Part shown: piece after piece, positions 14,451-28,045 of the stretch
Layout of the letters: the number at the start of each line of letters is the position of its first letter
Position numbering within the stretch: the stretch's first letter is position 1
NCBI RefSeq assembly: GCF_009914755.1
Contig: NC_060928.1
Source of the DNA: the human T2T-CHM13v2.0 reference genome, Homo sapiens
Direction: 5' to 3' (one strand)
DNA length: 64,000 nt
Program-made: the position numbers and the translations under genes
Notes under the pieces: generated by a model
Databases searched by the model: none
What the model saw: the letters and a program-made list of their open reading frames with translations, nothing else
Told to the model about the DNA's origin: nothing

Positions 14451-17400
14451 CTTCTGCCCCATCATCCTAATGGTAGTATTGGAACAGTAACAGTAGCAGC
14501 AAAACCAGAATTGCTACTGTTATTAATGTATTAAATTATATTTAATTTGATGCTCTCAAGAAATTTTACTGAAATCGATATCTGAGACTATAGTGAAAGG
14601 CTATAAGGTCTCATGGCATATGCTATCTCAACAGTGATTCAATGCTTACTGGGGATGCAAAGACTTTGTAATAAGAGGATGTTATGATGTTTACATTCCT
14701 AGAAGTGCAGAGAACACAAATTTACTAATTATAATGCAAGTGAATCATTCAAAAATACTAAAATAGATGAATAATCAATGAAATATGGGAGTAAACTTTG
14801 GAACTATAGCTCTATCTATTCCGTTTCTTAAAGCATTTGGCTACTTTTTCAATGATTTTCCTTCCTTTTGGGTTTCCTATTTTTCCTTATCTTCTATAGG
14901 CTTTCACTTAGTGCCTGGGTGGAATCAAAGCAAGGAACATGCTTAATCTAGTGATGCTATAGAATTCTAGCATAAATTTCTCCCCAAAACCATTTTGGAT
15001 GGGCAGCTTTTTTACATGCCCTAAAGCATGTTTCCTCAATTGAACTTTGTGGAAAAAACAGAATGGTAAATCCAGGTTATAAACTAAAGAACTAAACACA
15101 AGACATCCAAAAGTATGGTTCACCCTGTCACTGAACTAGAATGTAAAATGTAGAAGCCATTCTCTATTTATTCTGTTAAAATTTACCATACAAAGAATAC
15201 AGGTATCCACACTTCTTGTCAATTAGGAGAGTCACAAATGAAATATCTATTTCATGTTTCCAAAGATTTTTTCAAAGATGACTTAAAGATTTAGGAAAAA
15301 AAATTCTTAAATGCTAAATTATGCTTTCAATTTATCACCTATCAAGTTGGAAAGGCTAGTAATAATAGCTTAATCATTATTCATCACCAAAATTCTACTG
15401 AATTTTACCTTATGGAAATTCATCACATCTGCGTAGAAAATATATTAAAGAGAGTTCTGTGCTAGGAATCAAGAAATCCAGGTTCTACTTCTGACTCATC
15501 CACTAACTAGCTATGTGACTAAGTGCATATCACTTCAGTTCTCTGGATTTGTTTCTATTACTGTAAAACAAAGAGTTGGTCTCTAACAGCTGTTCCATAC
15601 TATTAGCACTCAAACCCCTTGCTCTAATAACTCCTGTGATTTCATCATAGGGCATCACAGATTGATATGGACTCAACAAAAATCTCAGGTCAATTCTAGC
15701 TTCTCTTCCTCACTCTACACCTTCCCATTCCACTTTCTGCCAAACAAACCAAATGTATGACAAATCTGGAAAGTGACTTAGCACTTATATCCAAATTAAA
15801 AAAGAGCTAGCTTTTCTTATAATATCATATTATATATGTCATACAGATGTATATAGCAATTATGACATTGGATCTTGGTATGTTTACAAGGATACAAATT
15901 TGATTGAACCAAAAACAGAAGTGATCTTCATACTCTTACCTTTCCTAGCAATTCATGTAGCAATAAGATGGGGCTGCAGTAATCAGTATCTCAATCTACT
16001 TAAGGAAAAAAACCATGTCATTTCAGATAGTGTATTGCCAGGTCATTACCACTGTTTAACGCAGAAAGCAGAGAGAGAAGTAAAAGACAAGCAGTTCATG
16101 GCTGCTGCAGTATTTCAATCACAATGTCAAGTTTCTCTTTCCCTCAGAAGATAGACTTAAATATTTAACCACAACAAAAAGATATAGAAGACAAAGATCG
16201 GGAAAATTTCAGCAACACAAATCTACACTCCCTTCTTACCTAAGTTTTCAGCATACATAATATATTGGTGATTAAGGTTCCTTAAAATCTGCCTTTAAAA
16301 TGGCTCCCCTAATACTTCCTAATGAAATATTCAATCTCACATGCTGGAACACATTAATATTTTTAGAAGACTAAAGGAAAGGGAATATAAAACAGTCTTC
16401 TAACAAAGGATAATTTAATGACACTTTTTCAAAACTTCTTTCTCACCAATTCTGCCATCATTAATAGAGGGAAAAAAAGAAAAAAGAAAAACATCTCCAG
16501 AAGTATTAAACAGCAAAATGTAAATAACTTCTCGATTTTGGAAATGCCACAGAGATACAAACCAAAAAATGACTCTGTAAACACCTAGGGACAAACCATC
16601 ATTAGCACTGTCAGCCTTTGTGAATATAAAGTAGTTCTGGTACTATGCACAGGAGTCTTCAGCTAGGAGACATGCCCTGCATTTAAACCATCTAGACATG
16701 TAAGCAGAAATGAAAATCTCACCCAAACATAAAAATAAACAAGGGCCATAAGTAAACAAACAGATTCACTGAGTGAGTGACTGCACCCTGATGATCTTTC
16801 TGGTGAATATAATTATACAGCAGTGCAGGATTTACATAGGGCTCACAGAAGTTAGATTTATATTTAAGTATGTATAACTAAACACACCTCTATTCTGGCT
16901 GAAATTCACAAATGTCAGAAGCCATATAATGCTTTCAAATTAATAGTAAAATAAAGCTTTTCAGTATTGTTTAATATTAATAGCTTAAACTCTAGGGTTT
17001 ATTTCTCAGTTTTCTGCTCTTTTCTCAGTATAGGCTCACCTTCAGACATTCCATCCATCATCATGAACTTTAACTCTCCTTTTATGAAGATCTACCCCAA
17101 TCCCATATTCCCAACTTGATCTTGATTTTCTGATCTAGAACTCCAAATTCCCTTTATTCTGATCTCATTTTACATTCTACAAGCTTGAGACCTAACCTTT
17201 CATTCTCTCAAACCCAAATTCACCCACATTAGTAGCACATCATTCTCCAAAAACCAAAACCAAAAATATTCCTCCTCTACCTCTGCCTTGCCCTTCCCCT
17301 CTAATCAGTCACTAAGTCCTACCAATTCTTCCTCCATAATGTCTATTTCATGTGTCCCCTCCCAATAGCAACATTCCAATTAGTTTTATTACTTCTCCTG

Positions 17401-18239
17401 TGTTATACCTGAAGAACCTACTTCCCTTCCTCCAGTATCTGTTCCTTCCATTTCATTCATGTCAAGTTTTCATCTTAAAGCTCTACTTTCACTATTTTAT
17501 TTTTTTCCTATTAAAAGTCCTTAGACATTGCCCAGTACTTAAAGGGGCTTAACTACATAGCCTGTCTTTCAAGTCTTTGTATCAGGATCTGTCAAAGTTT
17601 ATGGACACTCAGTATTTTTGGCTCACACTGATCCACCTCATCACATACCATTAAATAATGAAGTATGGTTTAGTGGAAAGCACAGTGAATGTTGAGTAAC
17701 AAAGCCCTTGGTTATAGTGCTGACTCTATACAGTAAACAGCTATGTAATTATGAGCAGGCAACTCAGCCTCTGTAAAGATTTTCCAGCTATAAAATATAA
17801 AGATTGTAAACCATCCTACTTATCTCACAAGACTTATGTGATCAAAAAGAAAAGTTCTTAGGTTTAAATATAAAAATTCTTCAGTATATGGAAATGAGTA
17901 GTATCATTTATATAGCCTGGGCCACAAAGCTTCAAGAGCATGACGTAGAAATGTTGATCATCAGTTTTTCAGACTAACTGGCTTGTAGATTACTGTTTAC
18001 TGCTATAAACAGTACTCTCCAAATATGAGGAATTATACAAATACAAATAAGATAAAGCAATTTTTACCTTCCTCATGACACTATTAAAAATATATATTTG
18101 GAAACATTTCAATGCTAAATGTAAAATATAAACCAGCTCTAGCTCCTTGAATTAAGAAATATTTTATCAGCAAGGTGAGAAAACAAGGTTGGCATCTTGC
18201 AAATGTCGTCAGATTTCCAAAATTGCATTAAAATTAACA

Positions 18240-18896
18240 GGCCATTCTTCCAGGAGTTAGGTGGTGTTGCATTGTGATTTTGATTTGCATTTCCCTGATA
18301 ATTAGTGATGCTGAGCATTTTTTTATATGTTTGTTAGTCATTTGTATATCTTCTTTAGAGAATTGTCTATTCATGTCCTTAGCCCACTTTTTGATGGGAT
18401 TGTTCTTTTTTTTTTTTCTTGCTGATTTGTTTGAGTTTCTTCTGGATTTTGGATATTAGTCCTTTGTCGGACATATACATTACAAAGATTTTTCTCCCAC
18501 TCTATGGGTTGTCTATTTACTCTCCTATTTCTTTTGCTGTGCAGAAGTTTTTTAGTTTAACTAAGTCCCATCTATTTATCTTTGTTTTATTGCCATAATA
18601 AAAAAAGTAATAGATGTTGACGTGGTTGTGGTGAAAAGGGAACACTTTCACACTGTTGGTGGGAATGTAAACTAGTATAACCACTATGGAAAACAGTGTA
18701 GAAAGAACTAAAAGTAGATCTACCATTTGATCCAGCAATCCCACTACCAGGTATCTACCCAGAGGAAAATAACTCACTATAAGAAAGATACTTGCATGTG
18801 CATGTTTATAGCAGCACAATTCACAATCACAAAAATATGGAGCCAGCCCAAATGCCCATCTATCAATGGGTGGATAAAGAAAATATCATACACACA

Positions 18897-18934
<38 letters not shown>

Positions 18935-19298
18935 ATGGAATACTACTCAGTCACAAAAAGGAACAAAATAATGGCATTTGCAGCAACCTGGATGGAATTG
19001 GAGACCATTATTCTAAGTGAAGTAACTCAGGAATGGAAAACCAAACATCGTATGTTCTCACTAATAGGTGGGAGTTAAGCTATGAGGACGCAAAGGCACA
19101 AGAATGGTACAATGGACTTTAGCAACTTGGGGGAAAGGGTAAGAGGGGAGTGAGTGGTAAAAGATTATACATTGGGTACAGTTGCACTGCTCGGATGATG
19201 GGTGCACCAAAATCACAGAAATCACCACTAACAAACTTATTCATATAACCAAACACCATCTGCTCCTCAAACACCTATTTAAAAATAATAATAATAAA
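18240..19298 (+). mobile_element. L1PB1-like element with 5' inversion (18240-18591 antisense, 18592-19298 sense)
   Basis: An antisense ORF2 segment abuts sense ORF2 end plus L1PB 3' UTR (gggtgcaccaaaatcacagaaatcaccact) and A-rich tail. (CA)n at ~18890-18933. Confidence 0.9.
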
Positions 19299-19329
19299 TG
19301 GATGGCCATCATGATCTGCCCATTGGGTT

Positions 19330-21903
19330 CCAGTTGCAGGTAACATGGAGTATGCACACTCTACAGCATTGTGCACACTGAATGCAGCTATAAAACCTAA
19401 ACGGAACACAAGGAACAGCCATTTGAGGACCAAAACTAAATAGCACCATGCATATTGGGGAAGGAGATCAGAATCTTAAATATCATTGAACCAGCAGTGA
19501 GTTTACCATTTCTTCCCCTTTGGTTTCTCCCAACCTAGATTAGACACAGCTTGAAATGCAAGTGTGGGCATTAGTGTAGACAGAGAGAGCTCCAGGAGAA
19601 TTCTTTTAGTTCTGACTCATGGGCAGGAAAGTGGTCTCCTAATACTCAGAAAAATGAAGGGAGATCCTTTTTTCTCTCTCCACTCTCTCATGCCCCAGCT
19701 CTCAAGTAGTCTTGCAGTGGCAATGATGGCAGTATTTAGGGCTCACAGGGACCTAAAACTATGAGGGGCAAAAAGTTACCTCTCTGATTGGAGAAGCTAT
19801 GATCCCAAGATAGTGTGGCGAATTCCCCTTACCTTTTATTTTTCTCTATTCTCATGGCCCCAGGAAGAAAGTGGAGTTGTACAGGAGAGTAGGTAAATAA
19901 ACCCAAGCTTACTGGTTGGAGGATCAAAAAGGGAAGCCACAGGAAACAGGAAGTATGGAGGAGATTGTGGAGAGGGGGAAGCTCCAGAAAGTGACTTCTT
20001 AATATTGTTCATGAACTCTGGGCTCACCCAAAGTTGTGCATGGAAAGATCTGATACTGAAAAGTATGTAAGAGACTTTGAGAAATAATCTATGAACCAGA
20101 ACACCACAAAGGTCTTGGCTGTCACCTGGATGACAAGTATGAGGAACAGGTCTGAATAACACTATAAAAATTTGGAAAACAGAAGTGAGATTGAAACCAC
20201 AGGTTTCACAGGACACAAGGTTAATGCACAAATATCTGGCAATGAACAATTAGAAATTGAAATTTTAAAAATTCAGTAGATCCAAAATAAATAAAATGTT
20301 TAGGAGTGACTATAACAAAATATATGTAAGATCTTTATGCTGAAAACTATAAATACTAATAAAAAATTCAAAGAAGGTCTAAATAAATAGACATATAGAC
20401 ATATACTATGATAATGGATTGGAAGATGCAACTTTAAAAGCTGTCAATTCTCCTCAAAGTCATCTACAGATTTAATGTAATACCAATCAAAATTCCAGTA
20501 AGATTTCTTGCAGATATCAACAAGCTGATTTGACAAGTAACAAGGAAAGACAAAACAGTATTGGAAAAAATAAAATGAAGGAATTGAACTAACTGATTTT
20601 AAGATACATTGTAAATCTAGAGTAATTAAACTCTGGTTTTGAAATAGGACAGACAAACTGACAAATAGAAAATATAACCAATTGATTTTTGACAAAGTTA
20701 CAGGCAATGGAATGAACTAAAAGTAGTCTTTTCAACAGATGGTATTGGAACAATTAAACATCCATTTGGAAAAAAAAAAAACTCTGCTTAAACTTTACAA
20801 ATTAAACAAAAGCAGTTAACTTAAAGTAGTTCATATACCTAAATGTAAAACATAAAAATGTAACACTTTAAAAGTGACCCAGGAAAAAATTTCTGTGAAC
20901 TGGACTTAGGTTCTTAGAGTTCTTTAGTGTGACACCAAAGTCATGATCTATAAAAGAAAAACCTCAATAAAATAAAGCTTGTCAAAACTGCAAATTTGCT
21001 CTGTCAAAGACATGGTTACAATAATAAAAAGACAAGCTACTGACTTGGAGAAAACATTTGCAAATCACATATCTAACAAAGAACTTGTATCCAAAGTATA
21101 TAAAGAGCTCTTAAAATTCTAAAGTTGTAAGAAAACAACCAACCCAATTAATCAATGATCCAAACACTTGAACAGATATGTTTCAAAAAAGGATATATGG
21201 ATGGCAAATAGCACATCCAAAGATGTTGAACATTATTGGCCATTAAGTTTTAATTAAAATTAAAACTACTATGAGACGCCACTTTAACACCCTTACAATG
21301 GCTGGCAAGGATGAAGACTGACTGAAACTCTCATACATCTCTGTAAGGAAAAACAGCTCAGCTGCTTTTTATAAAGTTAAACACACACTTACATAAACCA
21401 GCAATCCCAATTCTAAATATTTACCCTAGAGAAATGAAAACTTAGGGTCACATAAAAACCTATACATGAGAAATTCAGCAGCTTCATTCATAATAGCCAA
21501 AAAACTGGAAACAATAGAAATATCCTTTAATGTAAATGGTTAAACAAACTTTGTTGTATCCACAACATGCAATATTAATTTGGCAATAAAAAGAAACTGT
21601 TGATACACCACCAACTTGGATGAATTGTAAAGACATTGGACTGAATGAATGAAGTTATCCCAAAAGATTATATACTATACAATTCAATTTATTCAATTTC
21701 ATTCTCAAAAAGGAATAGCTATTTTCATGGACAACAGATCAGTGGTGGCCAGGGGTTGGTGTGGGTGTGAAGGGGTTTCTTTGTGGTAATGGAAAAGTTC
21801 TGTATCTGGACTGTGGATACGGACTCTGTTCATACATGTGTTAAAATTCATAGAACTGTACAACAATAAAAAGTCAATTTTACTCTATGTTAATGTATAA
21901 AAT
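19330..21903 (+). mobile_element. Ancient L1M (L1ME/MD-like): 5'-region-like sequence joined to ORF2 3' part and 3' UTR
   Basis: Degenerate ORF2 motifs (atggattggaagatgcaac, tttgcaaatcacatatctaacaaag) from ~20230; L1ME-like end (aaaattcatagaactgtaca). The 5' part is a less certain call. Confidence 0.7.
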
Positions 21904-23604
21904 GGGATAAATGAGAAAGGACACATCCATTTTCTCCGATAATAAATCAATACCAAACAAACAAACAAAAAAATCACACAGCCATTTAGTCTGGGCATAC
22001 AGAAACCACATTATTAAAACGTTATCCTCTTCCATGTCAAGCAAATTTCTGACATTTACTTGGAATGTTGGATTAAAGTATGGATTTTATCCCATGCACT
22101 ATAAATTCAAAATATCTAAAGACATTAGAAATTTCATATAGGAAAGGAAGAAATTTCACCTGAATAGTAGGAAGCATTTCATAACAGACTAGATTCTCAT
22201 TCAGGAGGTGCAATATATTTACCAAGCCAGTGATGCATAAATCAGCTGGCCACCTATCATCTAAAATTATCACATTTAGACCTACAGAAAAGAAACTGTT
22301 CCTGAGACTTTTTGTTAAGTTCATTTATTTCATTTTTTTTTTTTGTATTTTTAGTTTTGAGTAAGAGAAAGAGGAAAAGAGTGCTACACCTTTTAAACAC
22401 AGACTATTGGGAGAGGAAGATGATTGTGGCAAGAAAGAAATATGTTATAGGAGGTTATAGATAGATGACTGGGAATACCTGACTTCCTGTGGAAATTTTC
22501 AGAAGCAAAAAATAGATACACTTATAAGGCCAGGTGAAAACAGTCTGGATAGATAGCTAAGCATTTTTTTTTTTTTGCTTCTTCAACAAAAACTTTTTAC
22601 ATGAATGGTTTGTAAACATTACAAAACCAATCAAAATGCTTTTAGACACTCTGAAAACTTTCCATAGATAACAGGTATGGAGAACTGGAGTATTAAATTA
22701 TTAAACAATCAGTATTAAATGCTAGTGATGTGACAATATTTAATATTCAAATTTGGAATTATATATAGAGAATTTGTATGCTTTTGGGTTTTATGTCTTT
22801 TTAATGGTAGGAAAGAATGCAAAGAAATCTCTAAAATAACAGCTAGTATTAAAAGGTCAACGTTATACAGTGTTGAACATAATTTTAGAGTGTAATGTAT
22901 TTCAAACCTGTGCACCCAGAAATTCACTGAGCTTTAAATTACACAATGAGGCATGTACTCTGAAACTGAGCAATTCTTAATCCCTGTATTTTTATGCTTA
23001 ATTGCATTAGGATTTGTTTTAAATGTTTGTCACTCAGTTATAAAATCCTGTGATTTTTAAATTTTTTAAATTCTCATTTACTCTGACAACACATAATAAA
23101 ATCATTTTAAAATACATAAAACACCATAAAGATGTAAAATTAAGGTCAAAATTACAGAAAATACTAATTTACAAATATTTATTAAGCACTTACTAGTACT
23201 ATTAAACGCTAATCCATGCACAATAATGTAACAGAACAAAATTCTCTGCCCGCATGGAACTTATATTCTAGTGATAAACAAATGTGATATGTCAAAATAT
23301 GACAAGTGCCATGGAGAAAAATTAAGCAGGGTAAAAGGTGGATGAGTGCTGTGTTGGGGCTGCTACTTTGTTTTCAGTGGTTGGGAAAGGCTTTTTAATA
23401 AGATGACATTTGAACACACACCTAAAGTGTAAAGAAATGAGTCATACATCCTTCTTGGGGCAAGATTTTTGCAGAAAGAAGCAGATGATCCCAAAGCCTT
23501 GAAGTGAATCCTGGTTACCCTATTTGAGAAACAGCAAAGATGCCAATGTGGCTAAAGCTAGATAGGTGGGGAAGAAAGGACTAGAAGACCAAATCAGATG
23601 GGTA

Positions 23605-24126
23605 TGTATTAGTTCTCCATTGCTACATAACAAATTTCCATAAACCCACTGACCTAAACTCTGACTGGACTTATTATCTCACAGTTTCTATAAATCAAAA
23701 GTCCAGTCAGAGTCCTCTGCTCAGGGCCTAACAAGGTTGAAATCAAGATATAGGCTGGAATGCAGTCTTAGAAAAATCCACGTTATAACTAATTCAGCTT
23801 GTTGGTAGAACTTATTTTCTTGTGGCTTTAAGACTGAGGTTCGCATTTTCTTGTTGGTTATCAGGATAACACTCAGTCTCAAGGCCATTCTTGCCATAAG
23901 GCCCTCCACATTGGCAGTTCACATGGTGGTTTGCCTCCTCAAGGTCAGAATTTCCATCTCCAGTCTGCTAAGACACTATTATGCATGGTTATCCCAGCCA
24001 CCTGTGTATAATTACAGGCAGCATATATTCACGGTGCAACCTGTAATCAAGGGGCGGGTGTTATGTAGAGCAGCTGCACCAGGGGCTGAGAATCTTGGGG
24101 AACATCTTAGCATTCTGATTACTACA
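23605..24126 (-). mobile_element. MaLR LTR (MLT1E-like)
   Basis: tgtattagtt...taacaaatt...aggttgaaatcaag...atcttagcattctgattactaca; homologous to 61046-61647. Confidence 0.8.
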
Positions 24127-24650
24127 GCAATGGGGAGTGAGATGATGTAGAGCTCTATAGAAAACACTGTAAGACCTTTGCCTTTTACTTTGAGTGAGGT
24201 CAAATAATCAACAGAAGATTTTGAACTGACAAGTTTTAGACACAACTTGGGCTGCAATATGGAAAATAAACTGTAGGGGGCAGAGAGGATCATGAAGATG
24301 AGTTTGGAGAAATTAGGAGGAAGGGGAGATGTATCCGATTTTAGTTTTATTTTTAAGGTAGAGCTAATAAGATACTGTGACTGACTGGCTATAGAGAATA
24401 TGAGAAAGAGGAATCAGAGACTACATGGATTTTTCCCTCAACAATAGGAAGGGTAGCATTGCAATTTCCTACATGGGGAGATGGTGAGGACAAACAGAAT
24501 TTGGGGACATGGTGGGCAGCAGGCAGGAATGAGGAGCTCAGTTTAGCAGATTTTAAATTTGAGACACTTATTTAGTGTTCAATTATCATTAGGTCATTGG
24601 ATATTAGAGTCAGGAGTTCAAGGAATTGGCCAAGGCTAGAGCTATAAGAA

Positions 24651-24990
24651 CAGTCATGCGTTGCTAGATGACAGAATATATTCTAAGAAATATGCCATTA
24701 GGCAATTTTGTCCTTGTGTGAATGTCATAGAGTGTACTTACATAAACCTAGATGATATAGTCTGCTACTCACCTAGGCTATATGGGATAGCCTTTTGCTC
24801 CTAGGCTAAAAAGCTGTACAGCACGTTACTGTACTGAATACTATGGGCAATTATAACACAATGGTTAGTACTTGTGTACCTAAACATGGAAAAGGCAGAG
24901 CAAAAATATGGTGTTATAATCTTATGGAACCACCATTGGTTGTATATGCAGTCTGTCATTGACCAAAACATCATTATGTGATGCATCGCA
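24651..24990 (-). mobile_element. Tigger3a (MER7A) MITE
   Basis: Begins cagtcatgcg and ends cattgaccaaaacatcattatgtgatgcat; ~340 bp with degenerate terminal inverted repeats. Confidence 0.85.
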
Positions 24991-26574
24991 TATAGGAATC
25001 ATCAGAATACAGATGACATTAAAAGCTTTAAGACTAGATGGAAGAAAGTGAATGAAGAGTGAAGAGGAGACTTTTCATCCTAAACTGAGGTATAGGACCC
25101 TTTAACATTTATAGGTGATAGTGATGAGGAGCAACCAGCAAAAGAAACAGAGAAGAAATGACCACAGGAAAATGAAGTCTGGTGTCCCAGATAACAAGGG
25201 AAGAATAGGTTTTGAGGAGTGAGCAATTGATCCACTGGGCAGATATCCCAAGGAAGAGGAACACTGACAATTATCCTTTGGATTTAGCAATATGGAGCCA
25301 TTACTGATCATGACAAATGCTGTTTAGCTGCTAAAGTAATAGGAATGAAAACCTGATGAGAATAGATTCAAAAGACAATCAGAGGAGGGAGGCAAAGTAG
25401 ACATAGTTCTTACTCTGGTTCTGCTATAAAGAGGACCAGAGAAATGGGACATAAGTTAGAAAGATAAACAGGAGATTTGATGGCATTTTTTAATGCTGAT
25501 ACACATGATCTAGCAGAGAAAATAATTTATGATGCAAAAGAAAAATGACATAAGTGCTGGAATAATGTTCTCAAATAAGTGAGAAGAGATAGAATCTAAA
25601 ACACTAGACAGAAGACGAGTTGACTTTAGAAACGAAAAGGGAGTTTTTGTATAATAACAGGAAGAAAGGTAGAGAAGGTGCAGGTAGACTAGTAAACATG
25701 GCATGGGAAATTGTCAAATTTTCCTTCTCAGGGAAATGAAAATCAGATAAATCAGCTGATAGGTTGGTAAATGTGGAGTGGGAACTTGTCAGATTCTTCT
25801 TCTCAGTGAAACAGAAACTATAAATCAGCAGAGAAAGAGGAAGAGGAGAGATATTTTAGAGCTTTTAGGAATGTGGAGGTGTAAAATAGTGGTCCCAGAA
25901 AGTGGGAGAGTGAATGAATCAGGGGAGCATAGTGGGTACAGTATTAGCAAGGGTACCTATACCCTTGCTAGGTATAACTAGGGGTCGTGTACCAAATAAA
26001 ACCTGTAAGCACGGAAGTCAAGTTTCCCCAGCCTGTTCAGCTACAGCAATACAAGTGTGAAATAGGTATGCGAAACTCTGGGCTTAGCCACAGTTTTTGT
26101 TGTAATTTTTAAATCAGTGAATTAATCAGTTAATCAATTTATATTTTGCTTGTGGAATATAGCAACAGGATAGCGGGGCACAGGAGTTGAGGGTATATGC
26201 GAGGGAATCGTTTTGTGATTTCTCAGTGATGGATAAGAAAAGTGGATGTGGGGGAGGGGCTGTGTAGGACAGAGCAGGACTTCACATCAATGACTCGGGA
26301 CAGTCAAAGAGCAACTGGAGGGAGTGTACTGGAAAGAGAGGTGATAGAACTCAGAAAATAGGATGCTTAAAATTGAGACTCTGGAGCATTGGGATTAATG
26401 ATGAGATCTCGGAGATGACAATGAGAATGGGTACTCAAATAGGGCAGAGAAAAGCCTGAGAGGCCATTGAGCTAAGAAAAGGGCACCCCTGTGGCTACTG
26501 AATCACAAGAAGTCTGGGAGGAGTAATGCTGAACTGAGACAGAGTGCACCCCAAGTAAAAATTTTCATGAAATA

Positions 26575-26762
26575 AGGGGAGGTGACATCTCTAGATGATG
26601 TAAGAATTGAGGTTCATGGCCTCAGACATGGTATATCTGAGGCCATGGATTGAGGCTCATGACCTCAGATATACCATGAAGGGAGGTGACATCTCTAGGT
26701 GACCTAAGGATTGAGGCTCATGGCCTCAGGTATACCATGTCTGAGGCCATGAGGCTCAATCC
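26575..26762. repeat. Compound direct plus inverted repeat (three related units, nested hairpins)
   Basis: gggaggtgacatctctag occurs twice; attgagg(t/c)tcatg(g/a)cctcag occurs three times forward; ctgaggccatg (reverse complement) occurs twice. Confidence 0.95.
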
Positions 26763-28045
26763 AGAAGTGTTTTCAGAGGATGCCTATCCTATACCAGGTA
26801 TGAAGGGCAGCCACTTGGCAGGGTTGCAGGGAAGAAAGCCAGTTTCTAGGTAAATAAAGGGGAATGATTGAGGAGAGGTCACTGGGCTGAGGATGGACCT
26901 CACGTATCAGAGTAAAGTTGGAGAGCAGAGGCTGCTAGAGCCAGAGTAGGATGTGGACAGAGAGGTAGAAGGATGATCCGCCATGCAGATGAAAGATGAC
27001 CCAGGAATACAGGGATTCTGCATGGTGAAAAATCACCTGAGAATGAGTAACACTTATGACGACAATAAAGAAACTCAGTTTAGCTAGGCAAAATATGCAA
27101 GGGCAGACAGGGCAACATTAATTTTAAAATAATATAAAGATCTGAAAGTTTCCATTTCCTGATTTTAACTTGTTCTGCTCTGTAGTCTTAACTCTGCATT
27201 ACTAAATCATCTGGTAATTATTTTAGAGGTCAAAATGGGACTGAATCACGATTTAAGCAGTCTATATAGAACAATAAAGATTCCTACAGGACTTTTTTTG
27301 TTAAAAGGAGGAAAAGTAATTAAAGCAAAGTTCAAAATACTCAGCTACGTGGAAACAGTATTCCGCTTTAATTCATGTTAAATAGATTCTAGAGATCAGT
27401 GGGAATAAATCAAATGTCCTGCATCCATTTATTCAACATAAAGTACACGGGAAAGCCATCTACTTTCTTCTATGAATAGCTCACTTTTAGAACATTATTT
27501 AGAGATTTCCGATTATAAGAAAATTTATCTATTAGTAGTTAAATGGCCTTTGTCATCTCTAAATAAAAGAATCCATGTAAGAAAAAGAATATATTTTGGT
27601 ATTTGGCAGATAGAGGTTCTAATAGGAAGTAGAAAGACAGTAAAAACTAAAAGTTATAGAATTAAAATTTCCAATTCCAGAGAGATTGCTGTATATATTT
27701 TTGTAAATCTTTGAGAATTGATACGAAATTTGTATTTTAAATAAAAGGTTTACTTGTTTTAAATAACCCTGGATATAGCTTTTTTCTTTCTTACTCTGAG
27801 ATAAATTTCTTAGAACTCTTTGTATCAGAATTGACTTAAATCAGACTTCTTAGGGAAGAGAATAACCTTCAGTATCACTCAATGCATTTTGTAGAAACAG
27901 GCCCGGAGAGGTTACATGAAGGGCTTATGGCCACCTTACAAGTCATCAGCAGTGCTAGGATTTATCCAAGAGTAGAAGAAATCAGAAAGATGCATCTAAT
28001 TTTAAAAAATTTATTTCTGAAAACCAAAATATAAAGTGGTGGTCA

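Larger units (their letters stand above)
23170..26570 (-). mobile_element. Long fragmented L2, interrupted by an MLT1 LTR and Tigger3a
   Basis: aaatatttattaagcacttact..., ggagctcagtttagcagattttaaatttgagacac, ggatttagcaatatggagccatt: antisense L2 motifs. Confidence 0.65.

Noticed and set aside
26575-26762. CRISPR-like array (palindromic repeats with spacers)
   Set aside because: Primate intron, no cas genes, irregular spacing, and the 'spacers' are copies or inversions of one another.
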